A stretch of DNA of 64,000 nucleotides from a virus (IMGVR_UViG_3300005253_000054:1-64000); one strand, 5' to 3'; counted from the stretch's first letter, positions 39,993 to 50,002 are shown. Numbers and translations: made by a program. The notes: generated by a model from the sequence alone, not told the origin.

Positions 39993-41006
39993 ATGAAACT
40001 CAATAGAGAAGCTTTGTTGCAAAAGTTGCAATCTATTTCCCCGGGCTTATCGACAAAGGATGTAATCGAGCAATCGTCCACCTACGTTTTCAAGGATGGT
40101 CGAATCATTACGTTCAATGACGAGGTGTCTTGTAGCATTGACAGCCCTATCGAAGATGCAGAATGCTCCGTGCCATCCAAACCTTTGCTTAGTATCCTTG
40201 AAAAACTCAAGGATGAAGAAATTACAGTGGAAGTTACGGATGATTATTTCTGTGTCAAAGGTAAGAATAACAGAACCCGAATCAGGATGGATAAGGAAAT
40301 CCTACTTCCAATCGAGGCGGTAGAACCACCTGATAAGTGGAAGAAACTACCATCTGATTTCTGTGAGGCCGTCGGATTGGTTCAGACTTGTGCTGGTGAT
40401 GATGCTAGTGATTTCAAAATGACATGTGTTAGGATCACTAACAAATACTTGGAGGCATGCGATAATCATCAGATGATTCGATGGAATACGGAGACACCTA
40501 TTAAGGATTGTCTTCTCAAAAGCGGATCGGTTAAACACGTCTCTCGGTTGGGTATGTCCAAGGCATCCGTTACTGATAGTTGGGTTCACTTCAAAAACGA
40601 AACTGGATTGGTATTGAGTTGTCGAAAATGGAACAATGAGGATTACCCCGATCTTAGTGAGATTCTAAAGACTACTGGAGTTAAGTCTGTACTGCCTGTT
40701 GGATTGGGCGAGGCTGTGGAAAGGGCCTCTGTTTTCTGCGAATCGGATATTACCAGTGGCTCGGTGGAGGTGAAGATTAAAGGATCGAAATTGGTATTGA
40801 AAAGCTACGGTCCTTACGGAGATTATGAAGAGCGTACGAAGATCAAGTATGATGGGGAGCCAATGCGATTTCGTGCGTCCCCGAGGTTGTTAGCTGCCAT
40901 CGCTTCACGTACGAAGGATTGTATTCTAACCGAGACGCGGTTGAAGACGGAGACGGATAAATGGACTTGTGTTGTTTGTCTTGCGAGAGTTGGGAAGGAT
41001 GAGTGA
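39993..41006 (+). CDS. DNA polymerase III beta-like sliding clamp
   Basis: MKLNREALLQKLQ, EACDNHQM, DYPDLSEIL; size and context. Confidence 0.75.
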   Translation: MKLNREALLQKLQSISPGLSTKDVIEQSSTYVFKDGRIITFNDEVSCSIDSPIEDAECSVPSKPLLSILEKLKDEEITVEVTDDYFCVKGKNNRTRIRMDKEILLPIEAVEPPDKWKKLPSDFCEAVGLVQTCAGDDASDFKMTCVRITNKYLEACDNHQMIRWNTETPIKDCLLKSGSVKHVSRLGMSKASVTDSWVHFKNETGLVLSCRKWNNEDYPDLSEILKTTGVKSVLPVGLGEAVERASVFCESDITSGSVEVKIKGSKLVLKSYGPYGDYEERTKIKYDGEPMRFRASPRLLAAIASRTKDCILTETRLKTETDKWTCVVCLARVGKDE

Positions 41007-41055
41007 TGTTTGATTACTAGATATTTTTGGTTTCGTTGTTACTCTGTTACTGTGT

Positions 41056-41598
41056 ATGAACTTTATTTTTTGGAAGGGGTTTGTCATGTTTCGATTATGT
41101 TTAGTGTTTTTGGTGTTGCTAGTTACTAGGTCAGTTTTGGCAGTTGACGGTCCGATTCCTGAGCCATCATCTGATGTGGGAACCATTCATATCGGACCAG
41201 AGAATTCAGGTGTTTCTCCTGATGATGTATTGGGCGATTATGAGCAGGATGGAGTAACCAACGGAAGAAATCATTACTTTAATGGGGAGTATTTTTTGTG
41301 GTGGCAGCCTGCTGCTGATCTTAATATTTGGCTTTTGACGGACACACCAGGAGTAGATGGAAATGCCGCTGTTTGGGTACAAATCAATGTTGACGAAAAT
41401 CAAGCTGTAGATGCTAGTCCGTATTACCCATCTACTAATGCTTCTGGTCCCAATCTCCGGGCAGCAATCAAGCCAATCCCCGAACCCTCAACCTTTACCC
41501 TCGCCGCCCTTGGCTTTTTGTCATTGGCGTTCTATGGCCGGTGGAGAAGGAAGACTAGTCTATTGGAGCAGATATCCCAAACTGTTAGGATAAATTGA
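41056..41598 (+). CDS. PEP-CTERM sorting-domain protein with signal peptide
   Basis: MFRLCLVFLVLLVTRSVLA signal; IPEPSTFTLAALGFLSLAFYGRWRRK tail. Confidence 0.85.
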   Translation: MNFIFWKGFVMFRLCLVFLVLLVTRSVLAVDGPIPEPSSDVGTIHIGPENSGVSPDDVLGDYEQDGVTNGRNHYFNGEYFLWWQPAADLNIWLLTDTPGVDGNAAVWVQINVDENQAVDASPYYPSTNASGPNLRAAIKPIPEPSTFTLAALGFLSLAFYGRWRRKTSLLEQISQTVRIN

Positions 41599-41832
41599 CT
41601 GCTTCAGCATTGTAGGCGGGTTACCTACATACGTTTTGTGGATGATAAGGGATGAATAATGTCCTACATACTTCGTGAGAATACTGAAGAAGAATGTTGG
41701 GAAATCCTGGATATAAAAAGTGAACAATCCCACGATGGGCTAGTAGCAGCAGTATATATCGCTTTGGTATACGATTTTGACAGGGCACAAGTAATTTTGG
41801 ATTTGTTGAATACCTATGCATAAGGATTATCA

Positions 41833-43014
41833 ATGCCCGGTTTCTTCACCCCAGACCAGATAAGCACCACCCCGGTCATCCCGCGATGCCCCTCTTGTGG
41901 TTTGCGATACAAGTGCAACTCGCCTAGTATGCCCTACACTGGGGAGGGTAAGAGACGTGTCCTAATCGTCGCAGAGGCCCCCGGTAGGGATGAGGATCAA
42001 GAGGGTACCCAACTCATTGGGAAGTCGGGGAAGCATTTAAGACGCATCCTCGCGAAGCTGGGGGTGGATTTGGACCGAGACTGTTGGAAAACCAACGCTC
42101 TTACCTGTTGGCCTGGGGAAGGGAATCCCAAACCTACCGATAAACAAATCAGCTATTGCCGAGCTAATCTCTTACGAACTATCCAAGAGTTGGAACCCAT
42201 TACCATCATTCTATTAGGTGGTACGGCTGTCAAGAGTTTGATAGGCTACGTTTGGAAAGAGGCCGTTGGTAGGATCGGTCGATGGGTAGGATGGCAGATA
42301 CCCGATAGACGATTCAATACTTGGATTTGTCCGACGTGGCATCCATCCTATTTGCTACGACAGGATGATAAGGTTCTGGAGTTGTGGTTTCGTAGGCATC
42401 TAAAGGCTGCTTTTGAGAAAGAGGGGAAGCCTTATGTAGATACTGGTCTGAGATATGTTCCTGACGTATTTATAGAACATGATCCGAAAACAATAGTAAA
42501 ATTAGTCGATGATTTTATTTGGATCAATAAACCACTTGCTTTTGATTACGAGACAACCAGTATAAAGCCAGAGGGGGATTGGGCTGAGATTGTTTGTTGT
42601 TCTTTTAGTGATGGAGAAGACACGTTCGCGTTCCCTTGGCAGGGTGAAGCAATCCCAGCGATGGGCCGACTGCTGAGAAGCAAAGTACCCAAGATTGCAT
42701 GGAATCTGAAAATGGAAGACCGTTGGACGCGGAAAGAATTTGGCCATCCCGTTAGGAATTGGTTGTGGTGTGGGATGCAAAACTCCCATATCCTAGATAA
42801 CAGACGTGGGATAACTTCTCTCAAGTTTCAAGCATACGTGCAACTAGGTCAAGAGTCCTATGACAATCATATCAAACCTTTTCTAAAAGGTAAACCGGGA
42901 CAGGCGAATCGGATTAGGGAAGTAGATACTGACAAATTGCTAAGGTATTGCGGGATGGATTCGTTAAATGCTTTTGAGATTGCAATGAAACAAATGGAGA
43001 TAATGGGGATGTAA
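41833..43014 (+). CDS. family-4 uracil-DNA glycosylase domain fused to PolA 3'-5' exonuclease (N-part of split polymerase)
   Basis: VAEAPG, LIGKSG, HPSYLLR; FDYETT, WNLKMED, YCGMD. Confidence 0.88.
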   Translation: MPGFFTPDQISTTPVIPRCPSCGLRYKCNSPSMPYTGEGKRRVLIVAEAPGRDEDQEGTQLIGKSGKHLRRILAKLGVDLDRDCWKTNALTCWPGEGNPKPTDKQISYCRANLLRTIQELEPITIILLGGTAVKSLIGYVWKEAVGRIGRWVGWQIPDRRFNTWICPTWHPSYLLRQDDKVLELWFRRHLKAAFEKEGKPYVDTGLRYVPDVFIEHDPKTIVKLVDDFIWINKPLAFDYETTSIKPEGDWAEIVCCSFSDGEDTFAFPWQGEAIPAMGRLLRSKVPKIAWNLKMEDRWTRKEFGHPVRNWLWCGMQNSHILDNRRGITSLKFQAYVQLGQESYDNHIKPFLKGKPGQANRIREVDTDKLLRYCGMDSLNAFEIAMKQMEIMGM

Positions 43015-43204
43015 TGCTTAGTCACGAAGTAGAAACCAATCTGTTAGAAATGTTGGATAGCAGCGATGATGGTATTCCTGATGAATTGATAAAGAGGTGT
43101 GGTAGGATTGAGAAACTTATACAAATGGTAAAGCCTGATGGATTTCTAATTTCTTCTCAGGTTTTGGCAATGGTTGTGGAGCAATGGGAAAGGGAGAATC
43201 AGAA

Positions 43205-43567
43205 ATGACACTCAAAAGAGTAAAAGTATGGAAACACTTGTGATCATGGATTCAAGAGTTTAATCAGATAGCAGAGCTGATCCATGATTGGGCCATAGAA
43301 AAAGGGCATTGGGATGAGGATCAAAACGACGGAGAAATTATAGCTCTAATTCATAGTGAGTTATCCGAAGCTTTGGAAGGAATAAGGCAAGGAAACCCTC
43401 CTGATAAGCATTGTCCAGAATTCAGCAGCGTAGAAATTGAACTAGCTGACACCGTGATTAGGATTATGCATTATGGGGCTGCCAGAGAATGGGATATTGC
43501 GGGGGCATTGCTGGCGAAAATGGAATTTAACGAGTCGCGGCCACACAAACATGGAAAGAAATTTTGA
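43205..43567 (+). pseudogene. MazG-like NTP pyrophosphatase with in-frame TGA at 43241-43243
   Basis: IALIHSELSEALE...EIELADTVIRI...KMEFNESRPHKHGKKF in frame with ATG 43205 across one stop. Confidence 0.65.
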
Positions 43568-43934
43568 CTGATGGATTCCAAACAAATCCAACTAGCAATT
43601 GAGGCGAGGGAATGGGCCGAATTGTCTATGGAGTTTGCTGAGGCAAATGTAACATCATACGAAATTAGATATTGGGAAACTCTTTCTAAGTTAGTCAATG
43701 CAAAGTTACCAGAACCAGCGAAGAAAAAGAACCGTCTTATAAGATGACGGATGAGGAATCTAAACGATTCGAGAAACAGAAAATCCCGTTTGGTGAATTC
43801 GAGAATCTTACTGTTGACAAGATATTTTTCAATGAAGAGTTAAGAAGTCGATTGGAATGGTACGCGGATGAGGAATCGTTTGTAGACAAATTGAGGCGGT
43901 ACTTAAATTCAGATAGGGTGAAGAGGTTATTACG

Positions 43935-45344
43935 ATGAAACCCGCAACACCCCAAGCAATGGAATTGATGATGAAAGGGGCCATAGCCTTATCTCAAGTA
44001 GAGGCGGACGGGATGCGGATCGACGTTGATTATCTTGATAAGACCATCAAAAAAGTTACGAGGAATATCGCACGACAGACAGAGAAGCTAAAGGAATCAG
44101 AGGAGTGGAAAGTTTGGAAGAAACTCTATGGAAGCAAAATGTCCTTAGAGAGTGGACCACAGTTAGGCAAAGTTCTGTTCGACAAGATGGGTCACAAGTG
44201 TATAGCCAGAACGAAAACGGGCAAGCCAGCAACGGACCAGACTGCTTTGGAGCAACTAGACATCCCATTCGTAAGGAGATTGTTGAGCATTAAGAAGAAA
44301 AAGAAGATGCTCAGCACGAATCTCAAAGGAATCAGACGTGAGGTAGTAGATGGTATTGTAAGACCTTCATTCAATTTGCACCTTGTTACTACATACCGAT
44401 CAAGTGCTGATCGTCCTAACTCAAAAAATATACCAGTTAGGGATAAGAAGATAGGGAGGATGGTACGAAAGGCGTTCATTCCGAGGGATGGTCATGTTTT
44501 GGTAGAGATTGATTACTCTGCCGTAGAATTTAGGGTTGCATCGTGTTTTTGGCAAGATGAGGCAATGGTAGACTATGCCAGTAATCCCAATAAGGATATT
44601 CATAGGGATATGGCTGCCGAGTGTTATATGCTGAGAGAAGAGCAAGTAACAAAGGATGCCAGATTCTATGCTAAGAATCAATTTGTTTTTCCAGAGTTGT
44701 ACGGTAGTTGGTATGGACAATGTGCCATAAATTTATGGGATGCCATTGGAAAAGGAAAGTTGGAAGTTGGTATGACAGATGATGAGGAGTGTCGATGGTG
44801 TGGTGTGGGTTGTCGTAGTGATGTATGTTCAGTTTGTGGGGGAAAGCAGAAACGGGGATTGAAAGATCACCTGAATTCTAAAGGGATTACGGGTGTAGAG
44901 GGATTCAAAAGGGTTGTTCAAGATGCAGAGAATACTTTTAATGAGATGTTTCACGTATATAACGAAAAGAAAGAGGAATGGTGGGAAACCTATCTGAAAA
45001 GGGGTTATATTCGTTTGATGACCGGGTTTGTTTGTCAGGGAGTTATGAGTCGCAATAAGGTTTACAATTACCCCACTCAAGGTCCGGGTTTCCACTGTTT
45101 GCTTTGGTCCCTGATTCAGATGGTAAAGCGATTGCGAAAGGTGAAGTCGATGGTGATTGGAGAAATATACGATAGCCTTATCTTGGACGTACATAGGTCT
45201 GAGTTGGACGATGTTTTGCAAATGGCTAAACAAGTGATGACGGTCGATTTGTTGAAAGCGTGGGACTGGATTATTTGCCCTATGGAAATCGAGGCTGAGG
45301 TTGGCGAGGAAAATTGGGCAGATAAGAAAGAGGTGGAGATATGA
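43935..45344 (+). CDS. family A DNA polymerase, polymerase domain
   Basis: TYRSSADRPN, IDYSAVEFRV, DIH, RFYAK...LYG, NYPTQG, IYDS. Confidence 0.93.
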   Translation: MKPATPQAMELMMKGAIALSQVEADGMRIDVDYLDKTIKKVTRNIARQTEKLKESEEWKVWKKLYGSKMSLESGPQLGKVLFDKMGHKCIARTKTGKPATDQTALEQLDIPFVRRLLSIKKKKKMLSTNLKGIRREVVDGIVRPSFNLHLVTTYRSSADRPNSKNIPVRDKKIGRMVRKAFIPRDGHVLVEIDYSAVEFRVASCFWQDEAMVDYASNPNKDIHRDMAAECYMLREEQVTKDARFYAKNQFVFPELYGSWYGQCAINLWDAIGKGKLEVGMTDDEECRWCGVGCRSDVCSVCGGKQKRGLKDHLNSKGITGVEGFKRVVQDAENTFNEMFHVYNEKKEEWWETYLKRGYIRLMTGFVCQGVMSRNKVYNYPTQGPGFHCLLWSLIQMVKRLRKVKSMVIGEIYDSLILDVHRSELDDVLQMAKQVMTVDLLKAWDWIICPMEIEAEVGEENWADKKEVEI

Positions 45345-45715
45345 TTTGGCCATCAGGAATAGAATGTGATAGTAACGAAATTGAGTTGTGGTATGATGAT
45401 CTTGACGAGGATGTTATGGGCAAAATCAATAGGTGTCTAAAAGAAAAGGGTTTTCAGTTTGTGGATGATGGCTTAATACACGATGGGTATTCTGCCTATC
45501 GTTTGGAGAAGTTGTGATATGAAAGTTGGGAAAGAAGTTAGTGTGACTCCAGTATGTCAAGGGTGGTGTAGTGTGTTTGCTACAAATTTAGTTCCATTAA
45601 CGGTATCAATACTTGGTAAAACGAAATTAGAAGAAAAATCACAAGTGGAATTTGCTAAAGAAGTTTATGAATGTTATCGACAGAAACAAGCCAAGGAACG
45701 TGGAGAATTAGAAGA

Positions 45716-48700
45716 TTGAATTATCAAACATTCCTCAAAACGAAACGACTACGAACCGATCCTAAAGGATTCGATCCGATATGGTTACCAGATTGGTTAT
45801 TCGGATTCCAAAACCATTTGTGTGATTGGTCGATTCGTTTGGGCAGGTCTGCTTTATACGAGGACTGTGGGCTTGGCAAAGGCAGTCCTCCCAATATGCC
45901 TGTTTTAACTCCCACTGGATTTGTCCCAATAGGCAGTTTGGAAATTGGTGATTCTGTTATAGCTTCTGATGGAAAATCCTATGATGTAAAGGGGGTTTAC
46001 TTCAAACCGAGGCAGGATGTTTTCAGATTATGGTTTAGTGATGGTGTTTCGTTAGTAGTGGATTCTGACCATTTGCATATATGCCGAACAAATAATGACA
46101 GACAAAGAGATAAGCCCTGGCGTGTTTTGAGTACCAAGGAATTGTTGGAATGTAATAATTTGAGATATGGTAGTGATGGGAAGTCTCGTAATTACGATAT
46201 TCCCGTTGTTGGTCCAGTGGAGTTTTCAGTGGATTGCCCCAAAACATTGACACCATATATTATCGGAGCCTTGTTGGGAGACGGTTGTACTTCTCAACCA
46301 AGTATGATTCAATTCACATCTGCGGATTCTGAGATTGTCAACAGGATCAATAATGAATTGTTGGGTGGTGTTGAATTAGTTTATAAAGATCGTTATGAAT
46401 ACCGGTTAAAAACTGGTAAGACTGGTTGTGTGAAACATCCTATTCGTGCTTTTTTGTATCGGATTGGGATGATGGGGAAATTGTCGTATCAAAAAAGTAT
46501 TCCAAAAGAATACCTTATGTCGAAACGAATAGAGGATAGGTTGGATTTGCTTCGTGGTTTGATGGACACGGATGGGTACATAATGAAGTGTGGTACTTCT
46601 CAGTTCTATTCTGTTAGTAGAAAGCTTGCGACAGACGTGGAGTTTTTGGTCAGAAGTCTTGGGGGTGTTCCCACTTTTTCTAGGAAGCAAACCAGTTTGA
46701 ATGGAGAACGAAAGAGGGATTGTTATACTGTTACATTTTCATTAAAGACCTTCAATCCTTTCTTTCTGTCGAGAAAAGCAGAAAGATGGAATCCCGATCC
46801 TAGGGACAATGGTAGGTGGATTGATTCCATTGACTATGAGGGACAATCTGAGACAGTGTGTATTTCTGTTGATTCTCCTGATTCTAGTTATGTCACTAGG
46901 AGTTTCATTGTTACACACAATACTCCCCAGCAATTAGTATGGGCTGAGAATGTGGTTAGACACACAAACAAACCCGTTTTGATTGTGGCACCTTTGGCTG
47001 TATCCGCTCAGTTTGTTACAGAGGCAGAGAAGTTTGGGGTAGGGATACATCGTAGCCGTGATGGTAGATTGAAAAAGGGAATCAATGTTACGAATTACGA
47101 GCGATTACATCATTTTGATCCGAAGAGATTAGCTGGAATATCCTGCGACGAGTGTTTCCCTCCGGGAACGGCAATAGATGTTGTGAACCCCCTTGACAAT
47201 TCTTTAGAAAAGAAGTATATTGAAGATATTGCACGGGGTGACCAAATTCTCAATGCTTCTGGAGTAGATCATGTCAAACATATATGGAAGAGAAAAATCA
47301 ACGGGGCGGTTCAAGTCGGCACCGAAGGATCTAAAATTACCTGTAGCGAAAATCATCCATTCTTTACCTTGCATGGTTGGAAATTCGCACGAGATTTACG
47401 AGCCGGAGATTGTGTCATGGAGACAGCCTCGGCAATGTACTTGGTGCGGGGAGATTTTCAATCCGAAATATGTAGCGAACAAGATGGCGAGATTTTGCGG
47501 AACATCTTGCTCAGCGAAATGGCGGATGAATACACCGGAACACAAAGCAAAAGTACACAATCCAACTGTTGCCAAAAAAAGAGGAAAATCGAAAGCATTA
47601 TGGTTCAGAGGAGGATCAGCAACAGCCAAAAAAGAACTCAAGCGGATAGCCGAGTTGTGTCCGATGAAAGATCCGAAAGTGAGAGCGAAGGTGTCCAAAC
47701 GATTGAAAGAGATAGGACACAAGCCGAGGATTCAGGGAGGGAATGGGAGACCTTTGACGGAGCCGCAACAGATGCTATTAGATTTGTTGGGTGGGGAGTG
47801 GGTTGCAGAATATCCAATTACCCTTGGGAAAAAGATACCCGGATATCCAACGAATTACAAGGTAGATATAGGTTGCCAATTACGAAAAACAGCAATCGAG
47901 TTGGATGGGCATTCTCATTATTCCAGAAAAGAATTGGATCAGAAGAAAGACGAAATGCTGGCTTCGTTAGGGTGGACAGTGTTGAGGTTTTGGAATTGGG
48001 ACATCCTAGATTGGATAAATGGAGGGATGAAAAAGGAGACGTCTATTTCTATGATATTGAAGCAACACGACATCCATCTTTCAGTGTGAATGGTTTGTTA
48101 GTACACAATTCGTCTATCCTAAAAAACTTTGATGGAAAGATGCGAAGAAGAATTACAGATTTTGTATCATCTATCAATTATCGTCTCCTATGCACGGCCA
48201 CCCCAGCACCAAATGACCACATGGAATTGGGAACATCCTCCGAAGCATTGGGTGTAATGAGCCGTGGTCAGATGCTAGGAATGTTTTTCGTTAATGGTGG
48301 GGAAACAACGCAACAATGGTTGCTAAAAGGTCACGCGAAGAAACGATTCTGGCAATGGATGGGAACGTGGGCCAGGGCTATTCGTATGCCATCTGATCTT
48401 GGTTTTGATGACGGGGATTTTATTTTACCAGAGTTGATAATGAAACAGCATCTTGTACCTAGTGAGGTTACGGATGGATTCTTTCCTACTATGGCTGTTA
48501 CGTTGGATGAGCAGAGGGCAGAACGAAAACGGACGATGCAGGCTAGGTGCGAAAAAGTGGCTGAGATTGTTCCTAATGATAGGCCATTTGTTGCTTGGTG
48601 TCATCTGAATCCAGAATCAGATTTGCTGGAGAAGTTGATTCCTGATGCCGTTCAAGTTAGTGGTAGTATGAAAGATGAGGTGAAAGAGGAGCGATTGAAA

Positions 48701-49042
48701 GCGTTTGCTGATGGGCAGATAAGGGTACTGGTTACTAAACCAAAAATTGCTTCATTCGGTCTTAATTGGCAGCACTGTGCTGATATGTCATTCTTCCCGT
48801 CTCATAGTCATGAGCAATTTTATCAGTCTTTACGACGATGTTATCGGTTCCAACAAGAGAATTCAGTAACTTGTAATATCGTTACGAGTGAGGCTGAGAG
48901 TAGAGTTTTGGATAACATGATGCGGAAAGAGCGGCAGGCTGTGGAAATGTATGATGGGATCGTAAGAGAAATGGGTAGGGCTTTGGATGAATCGAATGGG
49001 CAAAAAGGAAACGAGGAAACGAGTATACCGTCATGGTTGTAA
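45716..49042 (+). CDS. SF2/SNF2-like helicase with two inteins
   Basis: Spliced exteins give CGLGK|T, CDE|SS, TATPAPND, FGLNWQH, RCYRF; probable TTG start at 45716. Confidence 0.9.
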   Translation: MNYQTFLKTKRLRTDPKGFDPIWLPDWLFGFQNHLCDWSIRLGRSALYEDCGLGKGSPPNMPVLTPTGFVPIGSLEIGDSVIASDGKSYDVKGVYFKPRQDVFRLWFSDGVSLVVDSDHLHICRTNNDRQRDKPWRVLSTKELLECNNLRYGSDGKSRNYDIPVVGPVEFSVDCPKTLTPYIIGALLGDGCTSQPSMIQFTSADSEIVNRINNELLGGVELVYKDRYEYRLKTGKTGCVKHPIRAFLYRIGMMGKLSYQKSIPKEYLMSKRIEDRLDLLRGLMDTDGYIMKCGTSQFYSVSRKLATDVEFLVRSLGGVPTFSRKQTSLNGERKRDCYTVTFSLKTFNPFFLSRKAERWNPDPRDNGRWIDSIDYEGQSETVCISVDSPDSSYVTRSFIVTHNTPQQLVWAENVVRHTNKPVLIVAPLAVSAQFVTEAEKFGVGIHRSRDGRLKKGINVTNYERLHHFDPKRLAGISCDECFPPGTAIDVVNPLDNSLEKKYIEDIARGDQILNASGVDHVKHIWKRKINGAVQVGTEGSKITCSENHPFFTLHGWKFARDLRAGDCVMETASAMYLVRGDFQSEICSEQDGEILRNILLSEMADEYTGTQSKSTQSNCCQKKRKIESIMVQRRISNSQKRTQADSRVVSDERSESESEGVQTIERDRTQAEDSGREWETFDGAATDAIRFVGWGVGCRISNYPWEKDTRISNELQGRYRLPITKNSNRVGWAFSLFQKRIGSEERRNAGFVRVDSVEVLELGHPRLDKWRDEKGDVYFYDIEATRHPSFSVNGLLVHNSSILKNFDGKMRRRITDFVSSINYRLLCTATPAPNDHMELGTSSEALGVMSRGQMLGMFFVNGGETTQQWLLKGHAKKRFWQWMGTWARAIRMPSDLGFDDGDFILPELIMKQHLVPSEVTDGFFPTMAVTLDEQRAERKRTMQARCEKVAEIVPNDRPFVAWCHLNPESDLLEKLIPDAVQVSGSMKDEVKEERLKAFADGQIRVLVTKPKIASFGLNWQHCADMSFFPSHSHEQFYQSLRRCYRFQQENSVTCNIVTSEAESRVLDNMMRKERQAVEMYDGIVREMGRALDESNGQKGNEETSIPSWL
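45881..46921 (+). mobile_element. intein 1 (347 aa, class 3-like, in-frame LAGLIDADG endonuclease)
   Basis: Starts GSPPNMPVLTP, ends VCISVDSPDSSYVTRSFIVTHN|T; GALLGDG and RGLMDTDG. Confidence 0.88.
47193..47221 (+). promoter_or_regulatory. promoter inside intein 2 for the nested endonuclease
   Basis: TTGACA-17 bp-TATATT; GGAG at 47261-47264, ATG at 47271. Confidence 0.7.
47271..48089 (+). CDS. DUF559/Vsr-like endonuclease with Zn-ribbon, nested in the +1 frame of intein 2
   Basis: CTWCG..FCGTSC; TEPQ, EY, YKVDI, AIELDGHSH, DQKKDEMLASLGWTVLRFWN. Confidence 0.85.
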   Translation: MSNIYGREKSTGRFKSAPKDLKLPVAKIIHSLPCMVGNSHEIYEPEIVSWRQPRQCTWCGEIFNPKYVANKMARFCGTSCSAKWRMNTPEHKAKVHNPTVAKKRGKSKALWFRGGSATAKKELKRIAELCPMKDPKVRAKVSKRLKEIGHKPRIQGGNGRPLTEPQQMLLDLLGGEWVAEYPITLGKKIPGYPTNYKVDIGCQLRKTAIELDGHSHYSRKELDQKKDEMLASLGWTVLRFWNWDILDWINGGMKKETSISMILKQHDIHLSV

Positions 49043-49986
49043 AGAAACAACTAATTACTGATAACTATGCTCTCCATTGCGGTGATTGCGTGGAGGTGTT
49101 AGCAGATTATCCGGATGAATCAATTGGCTTTTCCGTATTCTCACCACCGTTTAGTGATTTGTATTCGTACACGGATGAGCAAGAGGATATGAGCAACGTC
49201 AGGGATTACAAGGAATTCTTTAAGCATTTCAGATTCTTAGTCAATGAATTGCTTCGTCTTATGCTTCCTGGTCGTGTGGTGGCTGTGCATTGCATGGATA
49301 TACCTACTTACAAACGGGATGGTGAGGGTATAGGGATTCGGGATTTTCCGGGTGATATTGTCCGATGTTTTCAGAAAGTGGGGTTCATTTTTCATAGCCG
49401 TCATTGCATCTGGAAAGATCCCCTGATAGCAGCGACTAGAACGAAAGCAATCGGACTAGCCCACAAGTCAGTAGTAAAGGATAGCAGTATATGTCGTACT
49501 GGTATTCCAGATTACATCGTGTCGTTCCGAAAGCCTGGGGAGAATCTGAAACCGATTGAGAATCTGAATGGGTTTACTGAATACATAGGTTCTCGATCAG
49601 TTCCTAAAGACTTTGATAAGTATATTGGCTGTGAGATTCCAAAAAAGAACAGACGATCCCAATGGATTTGGCAACAGTACGCTTCCCCTGTTTGGTTTGA
49701 TATTGACCAAACAAAGGTATTGCCATTTAGGAATGCAAAGGGGAAGGATGATACTAAGCACATTTGTCCTTTACAACTTCAGACGATAGAAAGGTGTATG
49801 GTATTGTGGTCGAGGGAAGGTGATAATGTTCTATCACCATTTATGGGAGTGGGTAGTGAGGTTTATGTAGCTGTAAAGAATGGGAGAAGGGGTATCGGTG
49901 TAGAACTCAAAAAGAGTTATTATAGGCAAGCCGTTTTGAATGTGAAACAAGCCGAGAAGAAAAGGTCAGCTGGTTTCGATTTGTAA
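49033..49986 (+). CDS. DNA methyltransferase (N4-C/N6-A, beta class)
   Basis: GDCVEVL, FSPPF, HICPLQ, SPFMGVGSE, GVELK. Confidence 0.92.
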   Translation: MVVKKQLITDNYALHCGDCVEVLADYPDESIGFSVFSPPFSDLYSYTDEQEDMSNVRDYKEFFKHFRFLVNELLRLMLPGRVVAVHCMDIPTYKRDGEGIGIRDFPGDIVRCFQKVGFIFHSRHCIWKDPLIAATRTKAIGLAHKSVVKDSSICRTGIPDYIVSFRKPGENLKPIENLNGFTEYIGSRSVPKDFDKYIGCEIPKKNRRSQWIWQQYASPVWFDIDQTKVLPFRNAKGKDDTKHICPLQLQTIERCMVLWSREGDNVLSPFMGVGSEVYVAVKNGRRGIGVELKKSYYRQAVLNVKQAEKKRSAGFDL

Positions 49987-50002
49987 ATGGGAGGTAGCGA
50001 AA

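Larger units (their letters stand above)
47153..48109 (+). mobile_element. intein 2 (319 aa) at helicase Walker B
   Basis: CFPPGT start, CSENHPF block B, FYDIE...LVHN|S end. Confidence 0.92.

Noticed and set aside
43241-43243. Genome-wide stop codon reassignment
   Set aside because: Only one in-frame stop was found in a recognisable gene; TGA, TAG and TAA end genes normally, often in ATGA overlaps
43014-43935. Group I intron or split intein joining the two PolA parts
   Set aside because: The gap is filled by coupled small ORFs; no intein termini or intron core elements seen
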